Source: Gammaproteobacteria bacterium
GTDB taxonomy: Bacteria; Pseudomonadota; Gammaproteobacteria; Steroidobacterales; Foliamicaceae
Reading direction: 5' to 3'
NCBI GenBank assembly: GCA_009845905.1
Contig: VXYS01000013.1
Location: 98,924-162,923, forward strand
DNA length: 64,000 bases
The position numbers and the translations under genes are program-made. Below, piece by piece: positions 49,312-59,907 of this stretch. Within the stretch, counting starts at the first letter, position 1, and every line of letters starts with the position of its first letter. The notes under the pieces are model-generated. The model was not told the DNA's origin. It did not search any database and saw only the letters and a program-made list of their open reading frames with translations.

Positions 49312-49348
49312 GTGCGAGAAGGCGATCGTCTCGCGTGTCCCTTCCGGA

Positions 49349-50542
49349 CTATGCGCGTATTTCGGCCTTCGTTTCGGCAAATTTCTCCACGGCGGTTTCC
49401 AGGTCCTCCAGCGAATGCGCGGCCGAAATCTGTGTGCGAATGCGGGCCTTGCCTTTTGGCACGACCGGGTAGGAAAACCCGATTACGTAGACCCCTTTCT
49501 CGAGCATTCGGTTGGCGAACCGGTTGGCGAGCGCGGCGTCGCCCAGCATGATCGGCACGATGGGGTGCTGTCCCGGCAGGATCTCGAACCCGGCTGCCGC
49601 GATCCGCTCCCTGAAAAACCGGGTGTTGGCCCACAAGCGGTCGCGAAGTTCGTTGTCGGCCACGAGAAGTTCGATGGCTTTGAGCGATGCGGTCACGATC
49701 GACGGCGCCAATGAATTGGAGAACAGGTACGGCCGGGACCGCTGGCGCAGCAGGTCCACGATCTCCTGCCGCGCGGCGGTATAGCCGCCGCTGGCGCCCC
49801 CCAGCGCCTTGCCCAGTGTGCCGGTGACGATGTCGATGCGTTCGACGACCCGGTGATGTTCGGGAGTGCCCCGTCCGTTGTCTCCCATGAATCCCACGCC
49901 ATGCGAGTCGTCCACCATGACCAGCGCGCCATACCTGTCGGCCAGGTCGCATATACCGGGCAGGTCGGCGACCGCGCCGTCCATGGAAAAGACCCCGTCG
50001 GTCGCGATCAGGCGGGTTCGCGCACCGGAAGCGTCCTGAAGCCTGGTCTCAAGCGCCTCCATGTCGTTGTTGCGATAGCGGTGACGCTGCGCCTTGCAGA
50101 GCCGGATGCCGTCGATGATGCTGGCATGGTTCAACTCGTCTGAAATGATGGCGTCGTCCGGCCCCAGAAGCGTTTCGAACAGGCCCGTATTCGCGTCGAA
50201 GCAGGACGTGTAGAGAATGGTGTCGTCCATTCCCAGGAACTTCGACAGGCTGGCCTCCAGCTCCTTGTGGATCGCCTGGGTTCCGCAGATGAACCGTACC
50301 GACGAGAGACCGTATCCCCACCGGTCCAGGCCCTCGTGGGCCGCGCCGATGACTTCCGGATGATCCGCCAGCCCGAGGTAGTTGTTGGCGCACAGGTTGA
50401 TCACCTGCGCACCGCCGGCCACACCGATGTGGGCCCGCTGGGGCGTGGTCAGTACGCGCTCGTCCTTGTGCAGGCCCTGATCCCGGATCGCTCCCAGAGT
50501 CGCGTCGAGTTGACGCGAAACGGCTTCGTACGAATCAGTCAT
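49349..50542 (-). CDS. kbl: Glycine C-acetyltransferase (2-amino-3-ketobutyrate CoA ligase)
   Basis: 397 aa of the alpha-oxoamine synthase family ([35 protein letters not shown]). It overlaps tdh by 8 nt, forming the classic tdh-kbl pair. Confidence 0.9.
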   Translation of the reverse strand: MTDSYEAVSRQLDATLGAIRDQGLHKDERVLTTPQRAHIGVAGGAQVINLCANNYLGLADHPEVIGAAHEGLDRWGYGLSSVRFICGTQAIHKELEASLSKFLGMDDTILYTSCFDANTGLFETLLGPDDAIISDELNHASIIDGIRLCKAQRHRYRNNDMEALETRLQDASGARTRLIATDGVFSMDGAVADLPGICDLADRYGALVMVDDSHGVGFMGDNGRGTPEHHRVVERIDIVTGTLGKALGGASGGYTAARQEIVDLLRQRSRPYLFSNSLAPSIVTASLKAIELLVADNELRDRLWANTRFFRERIAAAGFEILPGQHPIVPIMLGDAALANRFANRMLEKGVYVIGFSYPVVPKGKARIRTQISAAHSLEDLETAVEKFAETKAEIRA

Positions 50543-51563
50543 TCCAGTGCAGAATGATCTTCCCGCAATCTCCGGACCGCATGATCTCGAAGGCCTTGGC
50601 GAATTCCGAATAATGGAACTGATGGGTGATGACCGGTGTAATGTCGAGCCCGCTCTGCAACATCACGGTCATCTTGTACCAGGTCTCGTACATCTCGCGG
50701 CCGTAGATTCCCTTGATGGTCAGCATGTTGAAAACGACCTTGTTCCAGTCGATCGCCATCTTCGTCTTCGGAATCCCCAGCATGGCCACCTTGCCGCCGT
50801 GGCACATGTTGTCCAGCATCTCCTCGAAGGCGCGGTCATTGCCCGACATTTCCAAGCCTACATCGAAACCCTCCACCATGCCGAGCTTTTTCTGGGCATC
50901 CGCGACGCGCTCGGTTCGCGCGTCCAGCACCAGGGTCGCGCCCATCTTCCTGGCCAGGTCCAATCGGTAGGGATTGACGTCGGTCGCGACCACGTAGCGG
51001 GCGCCGGCGTGTCGGGCGACGGCCACCGCCATTGCGCCGATCGGTCCCGAACCGGTGACCAGCACGTCTTCGCCCAGCACCGGAACGGACAGCGCGGTAT
51101 GCACGGCGTTGCCGAAAGGATCGAAGATCGACGCCACGTCCAGATCGACGTCCGGCGCGTGATGCCAGACGTTGGTCATGGGCAGGACCAGGTATTCGGC
51201 AAATGCGCCGGGGCGGTTCACGCCGATCCCCCGGGTATCCGCGCAGAGGTGCCGGCGCCCGGCCAGGCAGTTCCGGCAGGTGCCGCAGACCACGTGGCCT
51301 TCGCCGCTGACGATTGCTCCCGGCTCAAAATCGCTCACGTTCGAACCGGTTTCGATCACTTCACCGACGAATTCATGACCCACGACCATGGGCACGTTTA
51401 TGGTCGCCTGCGCCCAGGCGTCCCAGTTGAAGATACTCAAATCCGTGCCGCAGACACCGGTCCGGTCGATGCGCACGAGAACGTCGTTGATGCCGAGTAC
51501 CGGTTCCGCAACATCCTGCAACCAGAGCCCCGGTTCGGATCGCGTCTTGACGAGGGCCTTCAT
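50535..51563 (-). CDS. tdh: L-threonine 3-dehydrogenase
   Basis: [52 protein letters not shown] is near-collinear with E. coli Tdh. Confidence 0.92.
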   Translation of the reverse strand: MKALVKTRSEPGLWLQDVAEPVLGINDVLVRIDRTGVCGTDLSIFNWDAWAQATINVPMVVGHEFVGEVIETGSNVSDFEPGAIVSGEGHVVCGTCRNCLAGRRHLCADTRGIGVNRPGAFAEYLVLPMTNVWHHAPDVDLDVASIFDPFGNAVHTALSVPVLGEDVLVTGSGPIGAMAVAVARHAGARYVVATDVNPYRLDLARKMGATLVLDARTERVADAQKKLGMVEGFDVGLEMSGNDRAFEEMLDNMCHGGKVAMLGIPKTKMAIDWNKVVFNMLTIKGIYGREMYETWYKMTVMLQSGLDITPVITHQFHYSEFAKAFEIMRSGDCGKIILHWND

Positions 51564-51753
51564 GTCGCGAGCGCGTGATTTGGCTTGGAAACCGCTCCAA
51601 CCGCTTTAATCCGCCAACGGACCATGCACTGCCCAGGTTGCTCGCTTCCCGCTCAAGTCTACCATACTAGTATGCTTTCCTGTAAACACCTTGCCTTGCC
51701 GAACCTTATGGGACAGAACACTGGGGCCGCGCGTCGGTAAACTGCCGGCTGGG

Positions 51754-53328
51754 ATGAACGACATCAAGAAGAAAGGGCTGCTGGGGTCGTGGTCGCTGGT
51801 AGCGGGGCTTACGACCGTGTCCCGCGTGCTGGGACTCGCGCGCGAGATCGCCTTCGCATGGTTCGTCGGCGCGGGCGTGGTCATGGACGCGTTCATCGTC
51901 GCCTTCCGGATCCCTAGCCTGTTCCGGCATTTCTTCGCCGAGGGGGCGCTGTCGCAGAGCTTCGTGCCGGTTTACTCGGAGCGCATGGAGGCCGGAGACG
52001 GCGGGGAAGAGCTGGCGGACCTGCTGGGCCGGGTCATGGGCACGCTGGGCGCGGTGGTGGCCCTGGTGTCGCTGGTCGGAGTGATATTTGCGCCGATCTT
52101 CGTGTGGCTGTGCGCTCCCGGTTTCGCGCTGCAGGGCGGCGAGTCCTACGAACAGGCGATCACGATGCTGCGCCGCACCTTCCCGTACCTGTTCTTCATC
52201 TCGATCACGGCCATGCTGGCCGCGGTGCTGAACGCCCACCGCAAGTTTGCCGCAGCGGCCTTCACCCCCGTCATGATGAACATCTGCCTCATTGCGGCGG
52301 CAAGCCTTTACGCAATGCAGTCGGAAACGCAGGGCGCGGTGCTCGGCTGGGGCGTGTTCGTCGCGGGGCTGGCGCAGATGACGTTCCTGCTGTTCTTCGC
52401 CCGCTCCACCTGCGGTCCGTTCCGGCTGCAATGGGGCTGGCGCGACTCGAAGGTGCGGCGAATCCTGACCCTGATGGTGCCGGTCATCATCGGTTCGTCG
52501 GCGGCCCAGGTGGGCGTGGTCCTGGACACGATCCTTGCCAGCTTCCTGGTGTCCGGGAGCATCAGCTGGCTCAACTTTTCCCAGCGCCTGATGGAATTTC
52601 CGCTGGGCGTGTTCGGCGTGGCGCTGGCCACGGTGGCGCTGCCCAAGCTGTCGCGCCTGCACGCCGCCGGAGAACGTGAAGAGTACCTGGCGTCCACGGG
52701 CTGGGCGATCCGTTCGGGGCTGGCCATTTCGCTGCCCTGCGCCGCCGGGCTGTTCATCCTCGCGGAGCCGATCATGGCGACCCTGTTCCTCGGCGGAAAG
52801 TTCAGTCTCCAGGATGTCGAAATGGCGGCCGTGAGTCTCCAGGCCTATGCCGTGGGACTGCCCGGACTGATCGGGATCAAGACGCTGGTGCCGTCGTTCT
52901 TCGCCCGCCAGGACATGAAGACGCCGGTCAAGGTGGCGGTGGCGGCGCTGGCCTGCAAGTTCGCGGTGACGCTGCCGTTGCTCTGGTACTGGGTGGCACA
53001 GGATCTGCACGCGCCGCACGCGGTGCTGGCGGGCGGCACGGCGCTGGGCGCGACGATCAATGCGGCCGTCCTGTGGCTGCTGTTCAGGCGCCAGGACCCC
53101 GAGGGCAAGCGGGGCGCGATGTTCAAGCCGCTGCTCAGGATCGCGGTCGCGGTGGGCCTGTTATCGATGCTGCTGATCGAATTCGCGCCCGCGCCGGCGC
53201 TCTGGCCGGAGGTTTCGCGAATCGTACGGGTGCTGTGGATACTGGCTTGCGTGGGCGGCGCCGCGGCGGCCTATTTCCTCTGCCTGTTCCTGACCGGCCA
53301 CCGCTGGCGCGATACTTCCTACCTATAA
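51754..53328 (+). CDS. murJ: Lipid II flippase MurJ (MviN)
   Basis: Start at the ATG at 51754 (MNDIKKKGLLGSWSLVAGLTTVSRVLGLAREIAFAWFVGAG...FRIPSLFRHFFAEGALSQSFVP). Confidence 0.9.
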   Translation: MNDIKKKGLLGSWSLVAGLTTVSRVLGLAREIAFAWFVGAGVVMDAFIVAFRIPSLFRHFFAEGALSQSFVPVYSERMEAGDGGEELADLLGRVMGTLGAVVALVSLVGVIFAPIFVWLCAPGFALQGGESYEQAITMLRRTFPYLFFISITAMLAAVLNAHRKFAAAAFTPVMMNICLIAAASLYAMQSETQGAVLGWGVFVAGLAQMTFLLFFARSTCGPFRLQWGWRDSKVRRILTLMVPVIIGSSAAQVGVVLDTILASFLVSGSISWLNFSQRLMEFPLGVFGVALATVALPKLSRLHAAGEREEYLASTGWAIRSGLAISLPCAAGLFILAEPIMATLFLGGKFSLQDVEMAAVSLQAYAVGLPGLIGIKTLVPSFFARQDMKTPVKVAVAALACKFAVTLPLLWYWVAQDLHAPHAVLAGGTALGATINAAVLWLLFRRQDPEGKRGAMFKPLLRIAVAVGLLSMLLIEFAPAPALWPEVSRIVRVLWILACVGGAAAAYFLCLFLTGHRWRDTSYL

Positions 53329-53362
53329 TTCCATACACCGTAGCTTTTCCGCGCCGCAAGCG

Positions 53363-54298
53363 ATGCTTCTCCTACGCCGAATTTCCCGCTTGCCGGCCTC
53401 CATCGACCGCGGATGCGCCGTAACCATCGGCGGTTTCGACGGAATGCACGTCGGTCACCAGGAGGTCCTCGGCCGGGTCCTCAAGGCGGCCCGCGAACGC
53501 GACCTGGCGTCGGTCGTGTTCAGTTTCGAGCCGTCTGCCAAGGAATTCATGGCGCGCGGAACGCCACCGCCCCGGCTGATGTCGCTGCGCGAGAAATGCG
53601 CCGCGCTGAACGCCGCCGGCGTCGATGCCTTCTATTGCCCGCCGTTCAACGATGCGATCCGCACGCTTTCGCCCGACAACTTCATGCGCGATCTGCTGGC
53701 CGGACTGCTCAAGGCGCGGCACGTGATCCAGGGGCCGGATTTCCGGTTCGGCTACAGGCGCAGCGGCGGCATGGATGAACTGGCGGCGGGCGGGCGGCAG
53801 CTCGGATTCAGCGTGGAGCAGGCGCCGCCCGTGAGTGTCGACGGCGAGCGTGTTTCCAGCACCGGAGTGCGGCGGGCGCTGGCGGCCTCGGACCTGACGC
53901 AGGCCGCGAGGCTCCTGGGGCGCCGCTACTGCATGGGCGGGCGCGTCATTCACGGCCTGAAGATCGGCGCCGCAAAGCTGGGCTATCCAACGGCCAACAT
54001 TGCCCTGAAAGGCCGCGTCAGTCCCATTGACGGGATCTTCGCCGTGCGCGTGCACGGGGTGGAGGAAGAGCCGCTGGCGGGCGTGGCCAGCATCGGCTAT
54101 CGGCCCACGGTGGGCGGCACGGAGAAGATCCTGGAAGCGCATATCTTCGACTTCAGCGGCAATCTGTACGGACGTTTCCTGGACATCGAGCCGGTGGCGA
54201 AGCTGCGCGACGAAGTGCATTTCAAGAACCTCGAGGAATTGCGCGTGCAGATGGACCGCGACGCCGACCAGGCCCGCGAACTCTTGCGCGCCGCGTAG
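53363..54298 (+). CDS. ribF: Bifunctional riboflavin kinase / FMN adenylyltransferase
   Basis: Shows [13 protein letters not shown] plus the C-terminal kinase domain [28 protein letters not shown]...[14 protein letters not shown]. Confidence 0.93.
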   Translation: MLLLRRISRLPASIDRGCAVTIGGFDGMHVGHQEVLGRVLKAARERDLASVVFSFEPSAKEFMARGTPPPRLMSLREKCAALNAAGVDAFYCPPFNDAIRTLSPDNFMRDLLAGLLKARHVIQGPDFRFGYRRSGGMDELAAGGRQLGFSVEQAPPVSVDGERVSSTGVRRALAASDLTQAARLLGRRYCMGGRVIHGLKIGAAKLGYPTANIALKGRVSPIDGIFAVRVHGVEEEPLAGVASIGYRPTVGGTEKILEAHIFDFSGNLYGRFLDIEPVAKLRDEVHFKNLEELRVQMDRDADQARELLRAA

Positions 54299-54339
54299 TC
54301 GTTCGCCACACTTCCGCTTCAAGCACAGTTCACAGCGAC

Positions 54340-57114
54340 ATGCCCGACTACCGCGATACCCTGAACCTGCCGCGTACGGCTTTCCCGATGCGCGCCAACC
54401 TGGCGCGCCGCGAGCCGGAAATGCTGCGCGAGTGGGAGAGCAGCGGCCGCTACGGGCGCATCCGCGAGCACATGGCCGGGCGCGAGAAGTTCACGTTGCT
54501 GGACGGCCCGCCGTACGCCAACGGCTCGATCCACATTGGTCACGCCTACAACAAGGTGCTCAAGGACCTCATCGTGAAGTCGAAGATCCTCGACGGTTAC
54601 GACGCGCCCTACGTTCCAGGCTGGGATTGCCACGGCCTGCCGATCGAGGTGCGCGTGGAGCGGGAACTGGGACACGAGGCCGCCGCAATCGACGGCGCGG
54701 CCTTTCGCGAAGCCTGCCGGCGCTACGCAGCCAGCCAGGTCGACGGCCAGCGCGAGGATTTCCGCCGGCTGGGCGTGCTGGGCGAGTGGGAGCGCCCGTA
54801 CCTGACCATGGCGGCACGGTACGAGGCCAACCAGATCCGGGCGTTCGCCGAGATATTCGCCCGCGGGCACGTCTATCGCGGCCAGAAGCCGGTCCACTGG
54901 TGCCTGGACTGCGGGTCCGCGCTGGCGGAAGCGGAAGTCGAATACGAGGACAAGACCTCGATTGCCGTCGACGTGCGTTTCGTGGCCGACGATCCCGTCG
55001 ATTTCCTTGCCCGCATTCCGGGCGTGGAGGCAAGCGACGCACTACTGTGCATCCCGATCTGGACCACCACGCCGTGGACCCTGCCGGCCAATCGCGCGGT
55101 GGTGCTCAGCGACACTTTCGACTACGTGCTCATGGAGGCGGAGATCGACGGGCGGACCGAGCGCCTGATTTTGGCGCGCGGGCTTGCCGACGACGCCCTT
55201 GAGCGCTACGGCGCGACCGGCGCGCGCGAACTGGCTGCGCTCAAGGGCGCGCAACTCGCGGGCGTGAATTTACGGCATCCCTTCTACGATCGCCTGGCGC
55301 CCGTGCTGATCGCCGACTACGTCACGCTGGAAGCGGGCACCGGCGCCGTGCACACCGCGCCTGCGCACGGGCTGGACGACTTTGCGACCTGCCGCAAGGC
55401 GGGTCTGCCGGTGGACAACCCGCTGGGTATCGATGGCCGCTTCCGGAAAGACACGGGCCTGGTGGGCGGGCTGCATGTCGAGGAGGCCGACAAGCGCATT
55501 CCCGACCTGCTCGCGGAGCGCGGCATGCTGCTTTGCCGGGAGAGCTACCGGCACAGCTATCCGCACTGCTGGCGGCACCATCGGCCGCTCTTGTTTACGT
55601 CGACGCCGCAGTGGTTTGTGGGGCTTGACCGGGAGGGTCTGCGCGACCAGGCGGCCGGCGCCATCGGGACAGTGGACTGGTATCCGGGATGGGCCGAACA
55701 GCGCATCGCGGGAATGGTCGAGACCCGCCCGGACTGGTGCATCTCGCGCAGCCGCTCCTGGGGCGTCCCGCTGCCGCTGCTGGTGGATCGGGAAACCGGC
55801 GAGCCGCACCCGGACTCGGCGCGTCTGATGTACGAGATCGCCGAACGGATGGACGAGAAGGGCATCGAGGCGTGGTTCGCGCTGGACCCGGCCGAAATGC
55901 TTGGAGACGAGGCGGAGCGCTACCGCAAGGTGACCGACGTGATGGACGTCTGGATGGACTCCGGCCTCGTGCATCGCTGCGTGGGCGCCGAGCACCCGGA
56001 GATCGACAACCCCGCCGACCTCTACGTGGAAGGTTCCGATCAGCACCGCGGCTGGTTCCAGTCGTCCCTGCTGACCTCGGTGGCCATCGACGGCCGCGCG
56101 CCGTATCGCGCGGTTTTGACGCACGGTTTCGCGGTGGACGAGCAGGGGCGCAAGCAGTCGAAGTCGCTCGGCAACGTGGTGGATCCGCGCGATGTGGTCG
56201 ACAAGCTGGGCGCGGACGTGCTCCGGCTGTGGGTCATGACCACCGACTACCGGCGCGAAATGAGCATTTCTCCGGACATCCTCACGCGCGCGTCCGACGC
56301 CTATCGCCGTATGCGCAACACGGCCCGGTTCCTGCTCGGCAACCTCAACGATTTCGATCCCGCCCGACATGCGGTGGCGCCGGAGAACGCCGTGGACCTG
56401 GACCTCTGGGCGCTGCGGCGGACCCGCGAACTCAATGAATCGGTGTGGAAGCACTACCGCAACTACGAGTTCCACCCGATATTCCAGCAGGTGCACAACT
56501 TCTGCGTCGTGGACATGGGCAATTTCTACCTGGACGTGATCAAGGACCGCCTCTACACGATGCCGGCGGACAGCCACGGCAGGCGCTCGGCGCAGACCAC
56601 GCTGTGGCACATCGGCGAATGCCTGGCGCGCTGGCTGGCCCCGGTGCTCAGCTTCACCATCGAGGAGTTCTGGAAGGAATTTCCCGGCGACCGCCCCGAA
56701 TCAGTGTTCATGTCCGAGCCGCACGAGCTGCCGGATCTGCCCGAATGCCGGGCGGACTGGGACACGTTGCGCGAGACGCGCACGCAGGTGCTGGGTGTAA
56801 TGGAGGAAGCACGCAAGGCCGGCGAGGTGGGCTCGTCGCTGGAGGCGGAGCTTGTCGTGCCGGCCGATGACGCCACGCTGCCCGCATTGAGGGAACTGGG
56901 AGACGAGTTGCGCTTCGTATTTATTTCCGCGGCGGTGGAGCTTGAGACGGGCGAGGCGGGACAGGCGCCCTTGTGCCGGGCAAGCGAGCATCCGAAGTGT
57001 GAGCGCTGCTGGCACCGCCTGCCGGTGCGCCCGGAAGGTGAAGAACATGCGGGTTTGTGCGAACGTTGCGTCTTGAACGTCGAAGGCGAGGGCGAGGAGC
57101 GGGTCTGGGCATGA
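54340..57114 (+). CDS. ileS: Isoleucyl-tRNA synthetase
   Basis: 924 aa. It has the HIGH motif [13 protein letters not shown], the KMSKS variant KQSKSLGN, and a C-terminal Zn-finger (CERCWHR...CERC). Confidence 0.96.
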   Translation: MPDYRDTLNLPRTAFPMRANLARREPEMLREWESSGRYGRIREHMAGREKFTLLDGPPYANGSIHIGHAYNKVLKDLIVKSKILDGYDAPYVPGWDCHGLPIEVRVERELGHEAAAIDGAAFREACRRYAASQVDGQREDFRRLGVLGEWERPYLTMAARYEANQIRAFAEIFARGHVYRGQKPVHWCLDCGSALAEAEVEYEDKTSIAVDVRFVADDPVDFLARIPGVEASDALLCIPIWTTTPWTLPANRAVVLSDTFDYVLMEAEIDGRTERLILARGLADDALERYGATGARELAALKGAQLAGVNLRHPFYDRLAPVLIADYVTLEAGTGAVHTAPAHGLDDFATCRKAGLPVDNPLGIDGRFRKDTGLVGGLHVEEADKRIPDLLAERGMLLCRESYRHSYPHCWRHHRPLLFTSTPQWFVGLDREGLRDQAAGAIGTVDWYPGWAEQRIAGMVETRPDWCISRSRSWGVPLPLLVDRETGEPHPDSARLMYEIAERMDEKGIEAWFALDPAEMLGDEAERYRKVTDVMDVWMDSGLVHRCVGAEHPEIDNPADLYVEGSDQHRGWFQSSLLTSVAIDGRAPYRAVLTHGFAVDEQGRKQSKSLGNVVDPRDVVDKLGADVLRLWVMTTDYRREMSISPDILTRASDAYRRMRNTARFLLGNLNDFDPARHAVAPENAVDLDLWALRRTRELNESVWKHYRNYEFHPIFQQVHNFCVVDMGNFYLDVIKDRLYTMPADSHGRRSAQTTLWHIGECLARWLAPVLSFTIEEFWKEFPGDRPESVFMSEPHELPDLPECRADWDTLRETRTQVLGVMEEARKAGEVGSSLEAELVVPADDATLPALRELGDELRFVFISAAVELETGEAGQAPLCRASEHPKCERCWHRLPVRPEGEEHAGLCERCVLNVEGEGEERVWA

Positions 57115-57599
57115 AAGCGCCTAGGTTCAGCGCATTACTTTGGGTGTCTGCCGGCGTGGCTGTCGCGGACCAGATCGTGAAGTGGATTGTCGCCGCGCGC
57201 CTCGACGAGTTGCAGCGCATCGTGGTGCTGCCGTTCTTCGACCTGGTGCGCTGGCACAACACCGGCGCCGCCTTCGGCCTGCTGTCCAGCGCGTCGGGCT
57301 GGCAGAACGCGATGTTCCTTGTGCTGGGACTGGTGCTGGTGGCATTCCTGGTATCGATGATGCGCGGCGCCTCGAAGGATGGAGACGCGCTGTGGGGGTT
57401 GGGGCTGGCGTTGATGACCGGCGGCGCGGTGGGCAATCTGATCGACCGCGTTGCGCGCGGCTATGTGCTGGACTTCATCTCGGTGCACTACGGCGGCTGG
57501 TACTTCCCGGCCTTCAACGTCGCCGATTCGGCCATCACCGTGGGCGTTTCCCTGGTGCTCCTGTACCTGATCCAACAAACCCGCACCACCTCAAATTAG
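57111..57599 (+). CDS. lspA: Lipoprotein signal peptidase II
   Basis: Start at the ATG at 57111, giving an ATGA overlap with the ileS stop. Motifs include [25 protein letters not shown] and FNVADSAI. Confidence 0.92.
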   Translation: MKAPRFSALLWVSAGVAVADQIVKWIVAARLDELQRIVVLPFFDLVRWHNTGAAFGLLSSASGWQNAMFLVLGLVLVAFLVSMMRGASKDGDALWGLGLALMTGGAVGNLIDRVARGYVLDFISVHYGGWYFPAFNVADSAITVGVSLVLLYLIQQTRTTSN

Positions 57600-58063
57600 G
57601 GCCAGCAGGCGTCCGTAGTGTCTTCACCGTCGGCGCTTTCGGATGCGCGCCGGCCAGTGGAATCAACGGACAGAACGCGGCACTGCTCGTCGCCGGCCTG
57701 GGGGCCTTCCAGGTCAGTGACTGCCTCTACCGCGAAGCCGTTGGACAAAGCGCCTTCTGGCGCCCGCAGGCGAAGTTGGTAGTAGCCGCGCTCGGTGCCG
57801 GCGACGCCCAGTCCCGCGGGCGGGGGTGCCGCCAGTTCGACCGCGCGGGCATAGCGACCGTTTTCGAAATAGAAGCGCTCCTGCAGGACCGCTACGCGCA
57901 CCAGCGCGTCGGTGGCGTCCAGCCGCCGCGCTCGCTCAATCTGTTTGATCCACAGGGGCGTGGCCGCCGCGGCCAGCAACGCGAGGATGGCCAGCGTCAC
58001 CAACAGCTCCGTCAAACTGAAACCCCAGCCACCCTGGGAGGGAGGGCGTCCCCGCCCTCCCAT
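57596..58063 (-). CDS. pilE: Type IV pilin-like protein (PilE-type minor pilin)
   Basis: Prepilin motif G/FSLTELLVTLAILALLAAAA and a C-terminal Cys pair (EQCRV...DACWP). The start is the ATG at 58063, which gives a 14-aa leader, or the ATG at 58096, which gives an ATGA overlap with pilX. Its stop codon overlaps the convergent lspA stop. Confidence 0.75.
   Translation of the reverse strand: MGGRGRPPSQGGWGFSLTELLVTLAILALLAAAATPLWIKQIERARRLDATDALVRVAVLQERFYFENGRYARAVELAAPPPAGLGVAGTERGYYQLRLRAPEGALSNGFAVEAVTDLEGPQAGDEQCRVLSVDSTGRRASESADGEDTTDACWP
58040..58061. repeat. REP-like GC palindrome located inside the pilE leader-peptide codons
   Basis: GGGAGGGCG-TCCC-CGCCCTCCC. It belongs to the same GAGGGCG...CGCCCTC core family as the intergenic hairpins at 24573-24618. 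Confidence 0.75.
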
Positions 58064-58092
58064 CACACACACCTGAGGCACGCAACCGGGTC

Positions 58093-58626
58093 TCATTCCA
58101 CGTCCTCGCGCCAATAACGCCGAACGGGCGGTTCCGCGGAATCCTCCGGGCAATCGTCGTCCTTCCGGCAAATTTCGATCTCGTCCGGCAATTCGGCGTC
58201 CAGCTCGCCGTTCGCCAGCAGCATGAAGCCCACGACGACCGGCGCTCGGGCTCGCGGCCCGGCGGTCCCCAACGCGCCAATCTCGAAGTGCAGTGCTCGT
58301 TGCGGAGTCTCCGCCTCTTCAAATCCGGCCGGAACCGCGGTCGTTTCAACATGTCGCACGGACCACTCCACACAGCGGGAAGCGATTCGGCAATAACGGC
58401 CGTTCTGCGGCGCATCCAGCCGAAAACGCTCGGCGGACAGCGCCATTGCAACTCCTGTTTCCGCCAGCCGGACCGCCTCTGCGTATTCCCTTGCGTTGCG
58501 GACCTGCAGCCATTGCAGCGCTACATCGCCCTTGCCGGCCACGGCCAGCAGCGAAAGCGCCGCCAGCACCATCAGCACCACGGCCAGGACGACTCCGCTC
58601 TCGGAATCCTCAATCCTGGCGTGCAT
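58093..58626 (-). CDS. pilX: PilX-like type IV pilus minor pilin
   Basis: It has an N-terminal hydrophobic segment GVVLAVVLMVLAALSLLAVAG followed by QVRNAREYAEAVRLAE, a PilX_N-like sequence. It sits between pilW and pilE. Confidence 0.6.
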   Translation of the reverse strand: MHARIEDSESGVVLAVVLMVLAALSLLAVAGKGDVALQWLQVRNAREYAEAVRLAETGVAMALSAERFRLDAPQNGRYCRIASRCVEWSVRHVETTAVPAGFEEAETPQRALHFEIGALGTAGPRARAPVVVGFMLLANGELDAELPDEIEICRKDDDCPEDSAEPPVRRYWREDVE

Positions 58627-59536
58627 TCGCCACCACCTCGCTCGCGCTCACCAGAAGGCGGCGCCTTGCATCATCGAAACTGCGCGCCGCGCGGTCCGCG
58701 TAGGTGTAGGTACTCCCGTCCACATGCCCGGTCTCGGGGCTGTCGTGCCGCAACAGCAGCCAGAACCGGACCGCCACGACCCGCGCTCCGGACGGCCTGG
58801 ACGCCGCCGCATCGACCACCCGGTCCGCCACGCCGTCGCGGTCGGTGTCGAGCGCCAGGCGAACCTGGAAGTCCTCCACGCCCGCCAGGATCTCCTCGTC
58901 GCGCAGCAGTCCGCCCCTGACCAGCGTCTTGCGCCGCAGCGACGGCTCGCCGGAGTCGTGACTGGACCGGGCGGAAACATACCAGGCGTGCACGACGAGA
59001 TCTCGAATCTCGGTTTCGCCTTCCAGGGGCGGTGGCGAGCCTGCAGAGAACACGATTGCTTCCAGGCGCGACGAATGAACCTGCAACCTCCGCGATTCCA
59101 CGCCGGTGGTCGCCTGGCCCGCGCGGCGAATCTCCAGCACGTCGGTTCCCGGTTGCAGACGGTTTCGGTACGGGGAGCAGGGCAGGGGCCATTCATCGGC
59201 GGCGGCCACGTATTCGTCGAACCGAAAGGCCCAGGAGCTCACGTCCGCCCTGCTGCAGCGCACCGACGCCCCTGCTGCCACGCGAAGCGCCATGGCATCC
59301 GAATTGAGCCCCCAGAATCCCGCCGAACGAATGTCGGCGCGCAGTAGTTCCAGCGCGAAACGCGCTTTCTCCTCGAGGCTGTGCAGATTGTCCGCCGCCC
59401 GGGCGGACTGGCGCATGGACTGCGCGGAGCCGAAGACCCCCAGCAGCAGCAGGCTTGAGACGGCGAGCGATACGAGCAGCTCGGCCAGGCTGTTGCCACT
59501 CTGGCTTTCGCGGCCGGGCTCTATCGGCCGGCCCAC
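58610..59536 (-). CDS. pilW: PilW-like type IV pilus minor pilin
   Basis: SGNSLAELLVSLAVSSLLLLGVFG...LEEKARFALELLRADIRSAGFWG is typical of PilW. I place the start at the GTG at 59536. The track ORF to 59848 runs through pilV. Confidence 0.65.
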   Translation of the reverse strand: MGRPIEPGRESQSGNSLAELLVSLAVSSLLLLGVFGSAQSMRQSARAADNLHSLEEKARFALELLRADIRSAGFWGLNSDAMALRVAAGASVRCSRADVSSWAFRFDEYVAAADEWPLPCSPYRNRLQPGTDVLEIRRAGQATTGVESRRLQVHSSRLEAIVFSAGSPPPLEGETEIRDLVVHAWYVSARSSHDSGEPSLRRKTLVRGGLLRDEEILAGVEDFQVRLALDTDRDGVADRVVDAAASRPSGARVVAVRFWLLLRHDSPETGHVDGSTYTYADRAARSFDDARRRLLVSASEVVANARQD

Positions 59537-59907
59537 AGAACCAGCCGGGTATCGTCGCCAACGCCCGCGGGCCAGCTCAGCTCGACCCGATATGCCGGTG
59601 GCGTGCCGCCCAGCGCCGTTACCTCGCATTGCAGTCCCGGCAAGGCGGACGCGGCCTGCCGCCGCCACGCGCCCAACTCTCCTCCGCCGGCCGCCGAAGG
59701 ACTCGCGCCGATCCGGGCGGCGAGGTCCTGCGCCAGCATCTCGGCAAGAAAGTAACTGTGTGCGGCGCGGCTTTCCTTCAAACGCTCGCTGATCAGCGCA
59801 CCGGCCCCGAGCAGGCCCAGGCTGAACACGGCCACTGCGAGCAGGCATTCGACCAGGCTGAAGCCGCTTTCCGGCTCAGCCGGGCGGGCAGGAAAGCGGG
59901 TCGCCAC
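59521..59907 (-). CDS. pilV: PilV-like type IV pilus minor pilin
   Basis: Prepilin motif SGFSLVECLLAVAVFSLGLLG. It is small (about 128 aa), and the start at the GTG at 59907 is tentative. Confidence 0.6.
   Translation of the reverse strand: MATRFPARPAEPESGFSLVECLLAVAVFSLGLLGAGALISERLKESRAAHSYFLAEMLAQDLAARIGASPSAAGGGELGAWRRQAASALPGLQCEVTALGGTPPAYRVELSWPAGVGDDTRLVLWAGR

Noticed and set aside
48507-49952. 481-aa minus-strand ORF spanning the racemase and kbl regions
   Set aside because: It is antisense to the racemase gene and out of frame with kbl. Its composition is extremely Arg/Pro/Gly/Ser-rich. I judge it a GC-driven artefact.
51706-56610. Long minus-strand ORFs 51706-53019 and 55270-56610, plus several 300-aa plus-frame ORFs inside ileS
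   Set aside because: They lie antisense to or out of frame with murJ and ileS and have no motifs. Similar shadow ORFs occur over nearly every gene here, for example 5501-6595, 7292-8323, 11617-13116, 22636-23874 and 28549-30138.
58064-58171. Longer N-terminal extension of the pilE-like ORF (track start 58171)
   Set aside because: It would overlap the pilX coding end by 79 nt and give a 60-aa leader. The ATGs at 58096 and 58063 are more plausible starts.
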